From positions 9,734,001 to 9,798,000 of the forward strand of contig NC_092346.1 of assembly GCF_963676685.1 (NCBI RefSeq): 64,000 nt of DNA, read 5' to 3'. Shown here piece after piece: positions 14,523 to 28,800 of the stretch; the stretch's first letter is position 1; each line of letters begins with the position of its first letter. The stretch is from Mytilus edulis (Eukaryota). Position numbers and translations under genes: made by a program. The notes under the pieces were generated by a model that did no database searches, had not been told where the DNA came from, and worked only from the letters and a program-made list of their open reading frames with translations.

Positions 14523-16148
14523 CTTGATTAAGATTAAAATAGAAATTTAGAAAAGAAAAAAAATAGAAACATACACTTCAATAAGAAATGTCTGTACAAT
14601 TATGACTTCTTTAAACATTTTCACAAAACGTGCATATTAAAATTGATATTCTTTACTTTAATAAGAAGTCTTTTTTTTTTTAAATAATACAACATGTCTT
14701 TATAGAATATTAAAAAAAAGCATAATTATTAAAAATGATACTAGTACTTTTTTTTCTTTACTGGGAAGTCCGAAAACGCATATTAAAATACTAAAATTGA
14801 TACTTTATTTTCTTTAATAGGAAGTCTAAAAAAATATATATATAATACACATAAACAACGGCTTTTTTAAGCATACGAACCCATATTAAAAAAAAATTCT
14901 GACAACCTAGATCTAAGAAAGAAATTGTTCGACATAAATAACCCAAACTGAAACTTGATATCTAACTCGAACTCTTATTCATAATGTACATCGACCACCA
15001 AGTTTAAATAGTGATGTGACCCGAACTTGAGTTCAACTCGAAATATGACTCAAACTCGAAGTTTGATATGAAGTGTAACATGAAACGAAATTCAATTCTA
15101 ACTCGAACCTGGGAACAGTATATCTAATATAATCTAATGTCTAATATATATGTTCCTGCTCGAACCTATACTTGTACACGAAGAAAAGCTTGAAGGTCTT
15201 TATACACACTTATATATAATTGGTTTTGATAAACGGTCCATGCAAGTTCGATCGCGATTTGTTAGCGTAGCTAGGCAATTTTGATGTGTACGGAGAAGGT
15301 AGTCATACGGCCGGGGGTCTGGGGGCCGCTGAAGGCTCTGGGGGAAAATGGTGCAAAATCCTGCATTCTCGCAATTTCCGAGGACTTAAAATGACCTCAC
15401 AGAAATCTTGCTTTCAGGAGAAACAAGTTAACATTGGAAATAAATCATCAGAGAAAAACAAAGAAACCCGTACTGTTGGGCTTATCAGTTTGTTTTTTCT
15501 TTTCTAATGTGTAGACTAGTGGGTTAAAATGGCTTGATTAGGTATATGTTATTTGTTACCTAATCATGCTGAAACCACTTTACATTAGAAAACAAACTAA
15601 TTTCTAAGCCAACACTGTGCAACTTAAATGGTATTTTTCTTATTGAGAAAATACATAAATAAAAAATCGAATCAGACACATATATCTTTATGTTTTATTT
15701 TAAGAGTGAACAAGCAGTGTTTTTCAGCTTTTTTTTCTCTCAAAGTTAATTCTGAAAAAATCAATGCCCATTTCCTTTCTTTTTTTCTACTAAAGATGTC
15801 CAAAACCGTGTTTTTTTTTTCTTTCTTAGTATATGTTCAAAAGACCGAGTCCAGATAAACGATTCGTTTTCATTGTATTTTTCAACTAGGTCTTCACTCT
15901 TCTCATGGAACTAAAGAACCGTTCTGCCCGCGTTGCCGTCGAGACCGGAATACATGCAAATACATTAAGTATCTGAAAGATTCCCGGGTATCCTTGGTTT
16001 ATAACATTTAATGTTTCCTGCAGCTTGTTAGGAATGTTATCAAAATATCCAGTCCATTTTGTTAACCATCTCCGAATTTCGATCTTGAAATTCGTCTTTT
16101 GTAACATGGGCATCATCTGCATTTCATGTAAGATTATGTCCCCAACAG

Positions 16149-16309
16149 CAGGGGCGGATCCAGACATTTTAAAAGGGGGGGGGGGTTCCTAACCCAGGAA
16201 AAAAAGGGGGGTTCCAATTACATGTCCCCATTCAAATGCATTGATCGTCCAAAAAAAGGGGGGTTCCAACCCCCGGAACACCCCCCCCCCCCCTCTGGAT
16301 CCGCGCCTG
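16149..16309. mobile_element. Short MITE (CAGGGGCGGATCCAG termini), 5-bp TSD AACAG
   Basis: TIRs CAGGGGCGGATCCAG / CTGGATCCGCGCCTG; AACAG at 16144-16148 and 16310-16314. Confidence 0.88.
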
Positions 16310-16585
16310 AACAGCTAAAGTAAGTTGGTCAATGTTTTTTGGGATTAACTTTTGTGCGACATAACGTGGCTCTGCTGTCAGAAGTCTTGTTTTCAACTCT
16401 GCTATCAAATGATCGACGAAAGGTAGATACATGTTCAGTTTCATAAGAATGAATTGATGTCCACGGTCTCTTAAGAATGTCATATTTTATTTCATCAGTT
16501 ATTTTGGAATCTTCAGAAAAGATGTCAGGGTAAGGAGGCATAGTTCTAAGACGTGACAATTGTGTTTTGACACCCAGAGGACTAA

Positions 16586-16721
16586 CAGGGGCGGATCCAG
16601 ACATTTTAAAAAGGGGGGGTTCCAATTACATGACCCCATTCAAATGCATTGATCGTCCAAAAAAAAGGGGGGGTTCCAAACCCCGGAACCCCCCCCCCCC
16701 CCCCCTCTGGATCCACGCCTG
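16586..16721. mobile_element. Second copy of the same MITE, 5-bp TSD ACTAA
   Basis: ACTAA at 16581-16585 and 16722-16726. Further copies at ~58651-58793 and ~60220-60357 without clear TSDs. Confidence 0.88.
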
Positions 16722-17474
16722 ACTAAGCCATTTTAAATTGTTTGTATCAGCAACAGAATCACGATGCTGGTTTCGTAAATCAGGGAAGACTAGTTTTCGG
16801 AACGGAATATAGCTACAAAGTGATCATTAACAATTTGTATATTATTTTTTTTTTATTAACTTCATTACTTTAGTTAAATTCTTACTAGATTTACAATATT
16901 TTTATTTTTCTGAGATTTTCGATGTGTACGCAACTGCGTTTTTGCGTACGGGTTGCTACGCGCCTGGGCCCATGGAACTATTACTATTATATGTATTTTT
17001 AAAACAAGACCAGCATCTCAGGCACTCACAAGTCAACTTTAATCAAATCCAGAAAAGTCAAGCATACTGTAGACATATATACTACAAAGAGAGTTTGTCA
17101 CCATAACACATACCGGAGTATAATTCGTTGACTCACTGTTTAGTCCAGATAAATGAACAACATATCTGCCTTTTGGGACCTGACATCTTCCGACGAGCAG
17201 ATCATCCACAAGTGTATGAACCTATTGACATGAATCAATCTTTGATCTTTAAACTCTAACGTATCAACCAACACTAGTCAAAGGTAGGTGAAGGCGGATT
17301 ATTTTATATATGTACCATCAAGACAAGATCGTTGCTTGGACACCGGAATACACCTTGACCTTCGATCTCAAATCTTTTTGTATACCTAAGTTTATTGATC
17401 TGGATTGGGTTTATAAAATAGATAATAATGAGATAAAAATTAATAAAATAAAAAAATAGAGAAAAATGATCTTA

Positions 17475-18533
17475 AACAAGAGTGCACACGCTGAAATTAC
17501 TCGCCTTCCTTCCTGGCCATTGATTTTATGTTGATAGCCCTAAATATGAAGCTTTTCTACAACTATCACAAAAACTGAACATGATCCAAGAATATGAGGT
17601 CAATGTCAGATATACAAAACGGGAAATACATGTACAGCATACACGAAATTTGATTTAAATATTGTTGATCTATTGCACATATAGTTCTAAGAAACAAACT
17701 TGAACAAGAAAATTTAATATTGACCTATGAACCATAAAATTGATGAACTCCCAAACAGATATGTAAATTTTACAATTATTACACGATTAAAATATAGTTG
17801 ATCTATTTCATACAGTATTGGAGAAACAATCTTAACCAGGAAAACTTAAGATTGACCTATGTACTATGAAAATGAGGTCATGGTCAGATGATAATTACTA
17901 CTAGACAGCATATACACCTTATCAGCATTCCATATACCAAATATAGTTAACATATTGCTTAAAGTATTCATGGTAGTTAACATTGAGTAGTGACCTAAAA
18001 AATGAGGTCAAGGTCAAATAAAACATGCTAATGACAATATTTTCATAGTTCAAGCTCTCATGACACCTGCCAGTTGGACATGTACACCTTACAATCATTC
18101 CATACACAAATTATAATAGACCATTTCTTAAATATCTTAGTTATGGACTAGACCAAGAAAACTTACCCTCAGTTACTGATCCATGAAATGAGGTCAAGGT
18201 CAAGTGAAAACGGTCTGACAGGCATAAGGTCCATGCAAAGTATGCACATAGTTATTCTATTACTTATAATTAGAGAGAAATTAAGAATGCTAAAAATCCT
18301 TAACTTCTTTTTCTAAATAGCAACTGACTAATGAAAATGAGGTCAAGGACAATGGACATATGACAGATGGAAACTTTATTACATAAGCTTTTATATACAA
18401 AGAATGAATGATCCTGGTCTTCTACCTTCCAAAATATTAAGATTTTAAGAAGTTTGTAAACGCTCCAGCTGCCACAGGTTCACTATCCCCCATGTTGAGC
18501 TTTCTGCGACAGAAATCACAGGCTTGACACAAA
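17475..18533 (-). mobile_element. Older HINE-like element with degenerate internal repeats
   Basis: AACAAGAGTGCACAC end; recurring ATGAAAATGAGGTCAAGGTCA units; short inverted repeat near 18495-18530. Confidence 0.55.
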
Positions 18534-19896
18534 TCATATCAACAGAAATATTGATATCCACACCCAGTCAAGGCCCTCATGGTGATTATATCAGAAAATT
18601 CTCTTTTTAATAACATCTTTAATCCTTTGGAAGTAGAGTTTTGTGAACTTTATATTCCCTCCTTAGCTGCTTCTTTCTTTGTATGTGTACATTACCAAAA
18701 ACAATATATAGATTTATGAAAATGTGTCGACAAGAAATATATAGGTTGTGATCATAGTGTTAGTAGATAAATAAATTTGAGTTAAGGGTATATAGATAAA
18801 GGAAGATGTGGTATGAGTGCCAATGAGACAACTCTTCGTCCAAATAACAATTTATAACAGTAAACCATTATAGGTCAAGGTACGGCCTGCAACACAGAGC
18901 CTTGGCCGAACAACAAGCTATTAAGAGCCCCAAAATTACTAGTGTAAAACCATTCAAACGGGAAAACTAACAGTCTAATCTATATATAAAAATGAGAAAC
19001 ATGTATAAATTACATAAACAAACGACAACTACTGTACATCAGATTCCTGACTTAGTACAAATGCAAATATTTCCCGTTGAATTTTTATACCCTTGTTTTT
19101 ATAAGCTACCATTATACATTGATGGGGGTGTCCATTCCTTCCTCAGTACATTCCTCTTTTGTATTAATATTGTTTCTGAACAACTAGACAGAATTTTGTA
19201 AAACTTTCTCAGAATTTTACTCAGATGATGTCTACATTTTTTTTTCTTGGGGTTTACTCTAAATTTGGTATGACATGGACTTTTGTAATATCTGTTTCCT
19301 ACAGCACAAATTTGTATCCAACTCTCCTCCTTAAACAGTTAGGCCAAGACAACTTAATACATGATATATTCTTAATCATACATCATACTTTGTAACAGCA
19401 TGTAATGTATCAATTATTGTAAACACTGTGGTTCATTAAAAATGAAATTAATGTATTGTAAATCAACATCTAAAATAAAATAAGTTTTTATTCATCATTA
19501 ATGCGAAAACATTTATTAAATAATAAATAACAATAAAACAGCCTGTCTGCATGTAATTGTAATGAAACATGGAAATCAGAATATTGCTGAATTTTAGATC
19601 TCCAAGTAGTCCAAGATGATTTTTCCCTTTAGTATACACATGCCAATCATGTGAAGCCAGATCTACACATTCTTAGGATGTATTCACTGACCATTCTTCT
19701 TATTCCATTCTGTACATTTGGTCAGAAGAGCGCAAACTTTTCACGGACCCAATTAGAGTATTTGTTTAAGGAAATCCTTAACAATCCAAGAATCAAAACA
19801 TTTTTGAATTCATTTAAAACATCAAATATTATTGGGTTGAGAAGGATTTTCCAAAACAAACTGGTATTTTTACAAACTTAAATTCTCATTTGCATA

Positions 19897-22800
19897 TCAG
19901 ACTCTGTTAAGTTTTGTAGTAATAAGAACACGTAATGTTTGATCAAACGCAGTGCAGACACACAATCCTTCCTTGTCAGGACTCCAATCAAAGGAGCTGA
20001 TTGGCTGGGTTGACATCATTACGTTCTGCAATAGATTGACAGTACCGGCCACACCCATTTCTGCTCCATTCTCATCTTCCTTCACTCTCTTTGCTGGATA
20101 TGTGCTATAAATAAAACAATATCATCATTTATTAAACTTGTACAGATTATTACAACTTTTACACAAGTTACAACATATTTTTCGATAGTGTTTTCTCATT
20201 CTTTATTCAGCTTCTAATGTTTTAGCAAGTTAAATGATATTTTCAATTGTAAATTGTTTGATATGAATATAAAGAGAAGAAACCTATACAGGCCAATAAT
20301 TAATCAAACAGAACCAAACAACACAAATAAGTAACAAGAAAGTGTCCATAGTACATGGATATCCTTCTCTTTCTTTGTTCAGTGGACCATGCAATTGGGG
20401 TTAAAACTCTAATTTGGCATTAAAATTAGAAAGATCATATCATATTGAACATTTGTATTAAGTTTCAATTGATTTGACTTCCAATTTCATCAAAAACTAC
20501 ATTGACCAAAAACTGTAACCTGAAGCGGGACAGACAGACAGACAGACAGACAGACAGATGAACTGACGAACAGAGGCACAGACTGAAAAACATAAAGTCA
20601 ACATAAAAAATAGACAGATATGCATAAACTGTTAATTCATAAATTATTTGGTCTTTTTAGACTCAAATGCGATTTTAATTTTTGCGATATTAAGAAAAAT
20701 CCTGTTATAAGCATACATAAAAATTTTCAAAATGGGAGTTCAAATTTTTGCAATCATAATCCTGTAGCATTTTTTTGCAGTTATAAAAACATCGCAATAG
20801 TTTCTATATTTACAGTATATAATATCAAGCTCTAAATAATCTTGTGTAAAACAAGTTCTCTCAGTTGTTGTAGACATGTTCATAATGTTTGTAAATTTCA
20901 ACTTACTATTTCCATAAATTGAGTGTACCATTTCCTCCAAGTGTCATGAATACATCTCTGTTCTGTGGTAAGTGTTTGCAGCCCCATACAGTAGATTTAT
21001 GTGCCTGGTAAAAATAATTGTAATATACATTTAATATATAGGCCATTATGGACAGTAGCAGAAAACATTTAAAAAAACTTTTCTGTTAAAATTCAATTTA
21101 ACCTTATTCAGCTGAATGTATAAATCTGCTTTCTTTTAAATTTTGTTAAGAAACTTGAAATCTAAAATAGATACTGTGGATTAATTAATATTTGTTGGAT
21201 ACCAATTTTCGTAAATTTGGGAACTACAAATTCAAATGTTCAACAAGTACAAATTTTCAATATGAATGTAAGCAGACTTTGTCAAAACCACGAAAATAAA
21301 TATCAACAAATAAGCAAGTTTTCCTCAAACCATAAAAATTGGTACCCATGAAAATAAATGAACCCACAGTATTCAATTTAAAAGCATGACATTTAAAAAT
21401 TCTGGAATTTGTAACATAAACTAAAAAGATTTTATCTTTCCATATTTTGGATATCTTGATGATACAGACTAGACTAATTCAACCTCATCACAAGAAAGGA
21501 ATTACTTGTATATGACAATATATTACATGGCTAAAACATAACAGAAACAGACCTGATTTGATAATATTCATATTGTCTTCTCTAATTTTCTTGAATTTTC
21601 ACTCTATAATTTGTATTGACTATTTACTTTGTAAGAAACAGGGAATATAATGATAAGATGTTTAAATTCTAACTCAACACTACCTAATTAGCCTTTAAAG
21701 ATTTGTTTTCTAGTAAGTAAAAATTGGTTATGAAAGTAACTCATTGACAACACAAAATCTAGGTTAGTGCACATGGTAACTGACAACCACCACTGTGCTT
21801 TCATAAACTTTTTGTTGTTGTTAAGCATATTAAGCATAGAAATGTGTTTGCGTAAGTTTGATGGACATGAATTGGATGTCTTAACTTGAATCATACATGG
21901 AAATCTGAAACATTTTTCATACAATTGTAACTTACTTTTTCTGTAACACAAGCAAATCCTTTTGTTGGATGTTGTGTTCTCATATCATATACATGGAACT
22001 TTGATTCTAATGTAGTAGCTACCAGTTTATTCATACTGATGTCTTTCCTGTCAAATTCTAAACCACATACCTAAAAATACAGTAAGTTATTGGTAAAAAT
22101 AATATTAGAACATGATTGGAAAAACTCAAATAAATAAAACAACTACAGTACAGTATATATTTCAATTGTATTATATTTTTTTTAAAGACAGTACATGGTA
22201 CACACAAATATACTCTTTGTAAAGCTTAAAAGAAATCATCATTACTCTTATTCTAAGATTATATAATAACTTAAAAGTGAGCCGCGTCGGATAGAAATCG
22301 ACCTTATGTAAGTGCATGTACACATATACATATCTAAGATTTTGATCGATTTTGGAATAACTAAGATATAAAAGCTGCATTTTGGTCCGTTTAAAAGGGT
22401 TGTCTTCTTATAAAAACCTACTTTTGGAACAATCACAGACTTTCCGTAGAAATTATTTTAACCCAAAATAGGTTAACAGAGGTATTGATTTCCATTTGCA
22501 TAAGGTCGATTTCTATCCGACGCAGCTCAAGTAAAGGCTTTATAGCTAGCTGTTTGTTGTGAGCCAATGCTCTGTGTTGCTGGATGTTCTTTGACCCAAA
22601 CTGCTTACTTTTTACAAATTGTGACATGGATGGAGAGTTGTCTCATTGGCACTCGTACCACATCTTCTTACAAATGCATATCTAGACTACTCAATGGGCT
22701 AATCAAAATAATTGTTTTTTTTAAAACTTGTATGTATGTAATGTTCATACCTTTAGGTTTTACTTGAAATCAAAGTACATAGATTATATGGTTCTTGAAA

Positions 22801-25800
22801 AACAACACCCACACAGAAAACTTTAAACTGACAATTATACCCAACAATTTTTAGCAACTGTCCTGAGTACAAAATTAATATATTGGCAAGTATATCAAAG
22901 TTGGATCTTTTTTTAGATCAAATATATCAACAATGTTAGAAACATCAGAAAAGTATATGCAGTGAAGTCATCTAGAAAGAGATAAACATAAATTTAGTTA
23001 ACTTAACAATAATACTTACTCCATTTTTGATATTAGTCTCCCATTTTAAGGCCATGTTTCTGAGGTCAAATAATTTAATATCACCATTGTCATACCCTGC
23101 ACAAACACATCTATCACTCTGGTTATAGGCGTGACCTTAAAAAGAAAATATATATATATGAGGAAATGTAAACAGCATACCCTGCAAAACCACACCTATC
23201 ACTCTAGTTAGAGGACATGAGATTAACAAGAAAATATAAATGAAATAATGTAACAAGGTTAGAATATTTTTATCTTGATGAGACAGCATCCCACCCACCA
23301 GGATAATTCTAAAGGTCAAGGTACAGTATATTTGAACACCAGTTTGGGTTACGTACAATATTAATCATAATTGTCTTGTTCCTGTTACCAAACAGGTCAG
23401 TACATGTATTGTGGATATGTTAATTTTCATTGATACCAATTTTCATGGATTCAGGAAAAATTGCATTTTAATTGATACCTAATTCAGTGGTTTTGGCAAA
23501 GTATGCATACATTTCTTTAGAAAAATTGTAATTTTTTGAACATTTAAATTTGTGGTTCTCTTGTACCCATGAAATCCACCAAAACTGGTATCCACACAAA
23601 TATTAACCAGGTGCTCCGCAGGGCACAGCTTTATACGACCGCAGAGGTCGAACCCTGAACAGTTGGGGCAAGTATGGACAAAACATTCAAGCATGATACA
23701 GCTCTGAATTTGGATTGTGATCAAATTTTTGACATTACATGGTTTTTTTTTACACAAAACAAATGCCAAGATTTTACAAATCAATTAAAGATTTCTTCTT
23801 CAAACTTTTTAAATCTAAAATTAAATAGTTGACACAGCATAGGTTTCTGACACAGAATGAATGTGGTCTAATGAACTTAAAAGGTTTTTTTTGCCTTTGA
23901 GCAAATCACTATGCTGTTGAATATTAATCCTCTCAAAAAAATGTTTGAAGAAATTTTCTTTTTATTTATGAAATCTGAAATGAGAAAAATTTAACCCCCC
24001 CCCCTTTTTTTTTCACATCCCCGTTTCCCTTTTTCAAAACTGATATCAATTCAAATTTCTAATGGAGTTTGCAACAATAACTACTCATTTAAATACATCA
24101 TAAAATATTAAGATGTAAAAAAACTGCTTGTTATCACTGAATGGTAAAGATTATTTAAATTTATCAGTTGGTAGTAAAAAGTGTATATACATTGTATACT
24201 GTATATAACAAAGATTTAAGTTGATTCTGGACAAAGAAAGATAACTCCAATTAAAAAAAATTCTTGCTATTGCACAAATAGGATATTTCTTGCTTACTAT
24301 TCTGGACAAAGAAAGATAACTCTAATTAAAAAAAAATTTGCTATTTCACAATATTGTGCAATTAGATATTTCTTGCCATTGCACAATACTGTGCAATTGA
24401 AAAGACTTGCTATTGCACAATACTTAATATAATAATTTTAGATCCTGAATTGGACAAACTTGAAAACTGGGCCCATAATCAAAAATCTAAGTACATGTTT
24501 AGATTCAGCATATCAAAGAGGCCCAAGAATTCAATTTTTGTTAAAATCAAACTTAGTTTAATTTTGGACCCTTTGGACTTTAATGTAGAATTTGAAATTT
24601 GAAAACAGGACCAAAAATGAAGAATCTACATACACAGTTAGATTTGGCATATCAAAGAACCCAAGGATTCAATTTTTGATGAAATCAAACAAAGTTTAAT
24701 TTTGGACCCTTTGGACCTTAATGTAGACCAATTTGAAAACTGGACCAAAAAAACTTCAATAATCAAGAATCTAAGTACATTTTTAGATTCAACATATCAA
24801 AGAACCCAACCGATTCATTTTTTGTCAAAATCAAACTAAGTTTAATTTTGGACCCTTTGGACCTTAATGTAGACCAATTTGAAAACGGGACCAAAAGTTG
24901 AGAATCTACATATACAGTTAGATTCGGCATATCAAAGAACCCCAATTATTCAATTTTGATGAAATCAAACAAAGTTTAATTTTGGACCCTTTGGGCCCCT
25001 TTTTCCTAAACTGTTGGGACCAAAACTCCCAAAATCAATACCAACCTTCCTTTTATGGTCATAAGCCTTGTGTTTAAATTTCATAGATTTGTATTTACTT
25101 ATACTAACATTATAGTGCGAAAACCAAGAAAAATGCTTATTTGGGTCCCTTTTTGGCCCCTAATTCCTAATCTGTTGGGTCCTAAACTCCCAAAATAAAT
25201 ACCAACCTTCCTTTTGTGGTCATAAACATTGTGTTTAAATTTCATAGATTTCCATTTACTTAACCTAAGGTTATTGTGCAAAAACCAAGAAAAATGCTTA
25301 TTTGGGCCCTTTATTGGCCCCTTATTCCTAAACTATTGAAACCAAAACTCCCAAAATCAATCCCAATCTTTCTTTTGTGGTCATAAACCTTGTGTCAAAA
25401 TTTCATAGATTTCTATTAACTTAAACTAAAGTTATGGTGCGAAAACCAAGAAAATGCTTATTTGGGCCCTTTTTGGCCCCTTATTCCTAAAATGTTGGGA
25501 CCAAAACTCCCAAAATCAATACCAACCTTCCTTTTATGGTCATAAACCTTGTGTTAAAATTTCATAGATTTCTATTCACTTTTACTAAAGTTAGAGTGCG
25601 AAAACTAAAAGTATTCGGACGCCGGACGACAACGACGACGACGCAGACGCCAACGTGATAGCAATATACGACGAAAATTTTTTCAAAATTTGCGGTCGTA
25701 TAATGAATCCACAGTACATTGTATTGTGGAATCCCTGGGGGCAGAAGAAAGACAAGATACAATTTTAAGATTTGCTATCTGATATGCATTTAAAATATTC

Positions 25801-28800
25801 CATGAATATAATTATTTTTCAACAAAGGGTATTGCAATAAGTGAAAAACATTTTTTAGTGTCATTTATTTCATAAATGTAAGATCGAAATAAAAGAAAGT
25901 TTCTTATATGAAAGATCAACAATCTAAAAATATTTAAATAGTGCAAAGGTTCCTAAATGATATATATTCTCAAAAACATGCACAATAAAAAGATCCAAAT
26001 GCTGAAGAACAGGAATGAATAGCATACCAAATGCAACTGTCCAACAGTCTCGTTTATCTTCTCCTTCACCAGCTTCCATTGTAGCCACTGGGTCATTTTT
26101 CTGTCGGGGATCCCATACTTTAACAGCACCTGTTTCAACAGAAAAAAAACATTAATTTCAATACAAAATTTTAACACTTTAAAAGCAAAACAAGAGATGT
26201 TAAATTAAAGGCAGTCTGCATCAAAATCTTTTCAAACTACTAAAATTTTACTAGCCTGGGGCATCAGACTAGTGGCTAATGATGTGGTCTGTAAGTTTTT
26301 TATATATAAAAAAACATATTTTGACAGAAGCAATTTTCTGGATTTATCTACATCAAAAACACTCCAACACAAAATTTCCCTGGTGATTAAAATTAACCTC
26401 TAAAGTTAACATAAACATCATACAATAAATCTACAAGAATACACAACTTTATTTGTCTTGTGCTCTTTCATAACATTAAGAGGTATACTCATATATTTGT
26501 TTAGGGACCAGCTGAAGGACGCCTCCGGGTGCGAGAATTTCTCGTTGCATGTGTTGGTGACCTTCTGCTGTTGTCTGCTCTATGGTCGGGTTGTTATCTC
26601 TTTGACACATTCCCCATTTCCATTCTCAATTTTATCTTAATTCAGAAATTAGTGTGTGCATTTATTATTGCAAATATTCAATAATGGATGAAAATTTGAG
26701 TTAAATTATTGTGATTTTTACGATTTCTAACAATTCTACATAAAGGTCTATATTTCAGATATCAGAATGCAATTCTTATTATTGTGATACTAATCCAGTC
26801 ACATAATTCTCATTAATAATACACATACCATCTCTACTTGCTGTGACTATTTCTGGAGCTCCCTCTCCAATGTAACCACCAACTCCATCAATAGCATTTA
26901 TAATTTCTTTGTGGGCTTTCACAGAATATACAGGTAATTCCATTGACTCTAGGTTCCTATAAACAACAATAAAACATATAAACCAGATATACTAAATTCA
27001 CCATCAGGATTTTGGGGTTTTTTTTGTCTTATGTTTCAAGGGACAAGTAGTATAGGATAAATGTTCACACATTGATGTTTAGGTCAAGCAACAAATTAAA
27101 TGCTTAATTTTAAGTCCACAGAAAGACTTGACACATTATTCTAACTATGAGCAAACCAGTCAGCATTCTTTAATCTTGAATAGGCCTTAGGCATGTTAGG
27201 GACATTGTATTTTTTTTCTTATAGCAAATAAGATTATCTGTAATTTGTAATACATTAAAAATATTTAATTTACAAACCATATCTGCATTTTTCCATCGAA
27301 GTCTCCTGTTGCAAAATATCTTTGCTGTAAACTTGATGCTCCAAATGTTCCACATTTCAAAGCTTTTGATTTCTCAATCTGTTAATAAAAATTATATAGC
27401 AGATTCATATATATATATAAAATGTACATGTATGTTTTTTGTAATGCATTTAATGAGAGTATCACAAGATTTTATATTATAATACATTGTACAAAGGTTT
27501 ATCTGTCTGGATATAATGGAATAAATGTATTGTTCAGTTTACTTGAGAGAAAAAAAAACATGATTACTACCAAATAGCAAAATTATCAAAATAAAATCTA
27601 CATGTATTTCATCTTTAAATGACTATTTAAATGAACAAAATTTCCATTTACTTTTTAGACTGAGTGACAGGTCAAATTTAATTAAAACTATTATATGAAA
27701 ATGAAATTAGACCACATATAATCAAAACCAACACATAAAATTCTGATCCTTGCTTGTACATGTTTTAGGTACAATGTATATTAGACTTTTCACACCAGGG
27801 GTTGGAAAACCAGCATGGGAAATTGTGGGTAGGCATACGCCTCCATGGGGTAAAACACCAGCAAATAGTGACAGTTGGCCTGGCAGGTACATGAGGTATG
27901 GGTAGGAGCAAACCTGTGAGGTGTGAACATGTTTTGGAAGTGAACGGACCCACTTGAATATACATGTACCAAAAAATAACATAGGTGGATCCAGGGCCCC
28001 CCTTTTCATGGAAAAAACTGTGGTTGATTATATAGGAAATCGCCCCAAACTGGTTTATCAAATCGCCCCTCTTTTTAAAAAATCGCCAACTTGTGAATGG
28101 GTTAAATCCCGTTAATAATGTTAATATTACTCCTGCCTACTCGCCCCACTTAATGAAAAACGTTATGCATATGGAACTAAACACATTTATTTCTAAAAAA
28201 ACAGTTGTTGGCATGACACGGGTTATGTTCTTCTCATATATTTTATGATAGTATGATACTAAACCCCTAACGGGAGGGATTGTACCTGATATTCATATGA
28301 TGAAGACATAATCTTTCAATCAGTTTAATTGAGGTCTGGAGCTGGCATGTCAGTTAACTGCTAGTAGTCTGTTGTTATTTATGTATTATTGTCATTTTAT
28401 TTATTTTCTTTTGTTACATCTTTTGACATCAGACTCAGACTTCTCTTGAACTGAATTTTAATGTGCGTATTGTTATTCTTTTACTTTTCTACATTGGCTA
28501 GAGGTATAGGGGGAGGGTTGAGATCTCATAAACATGTTTAACCCCGCCGCAATTTTGCGCCTGTCCCAAGTCAGGAGCCTCTGGCCTTTGTTAGTCTTGT
28601 ATGATTTTAATTTTTAGTTTCTTGTGTATAATTCGGAGTTTAGTATGACGTCCATTATCACTGTACTATTATGCATATTTTAGGGGCCAGCTGAAGGACA
28701 CCTACGGGTGCGGGAATTCTCGCTACATTGAAGACCCATTGGTTGCCTTCGGCTGTTGTTTGCTCTATGGTCGGGTGGTTGTCGCTTTGACATATTCACC

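Larger units (their letters stand above)
15262..16966 (-). mobile_element. Decayed hAT-family transposon with C-terminal dimerisation-domain remnant, interrupted by two MITEs
   Basis: YPGIFQILNVFACIPVSTATRAERFFSSMRRVKT (15886-16000) and MYLPFVDHLIAELKTRL match the hAT C-terminus. Ends GCGTAGC (~15265) and GCTACGCGCCTG (to 16966) are inverted; GATGTGTACG occurs near both ends. Confidence 0.75.
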
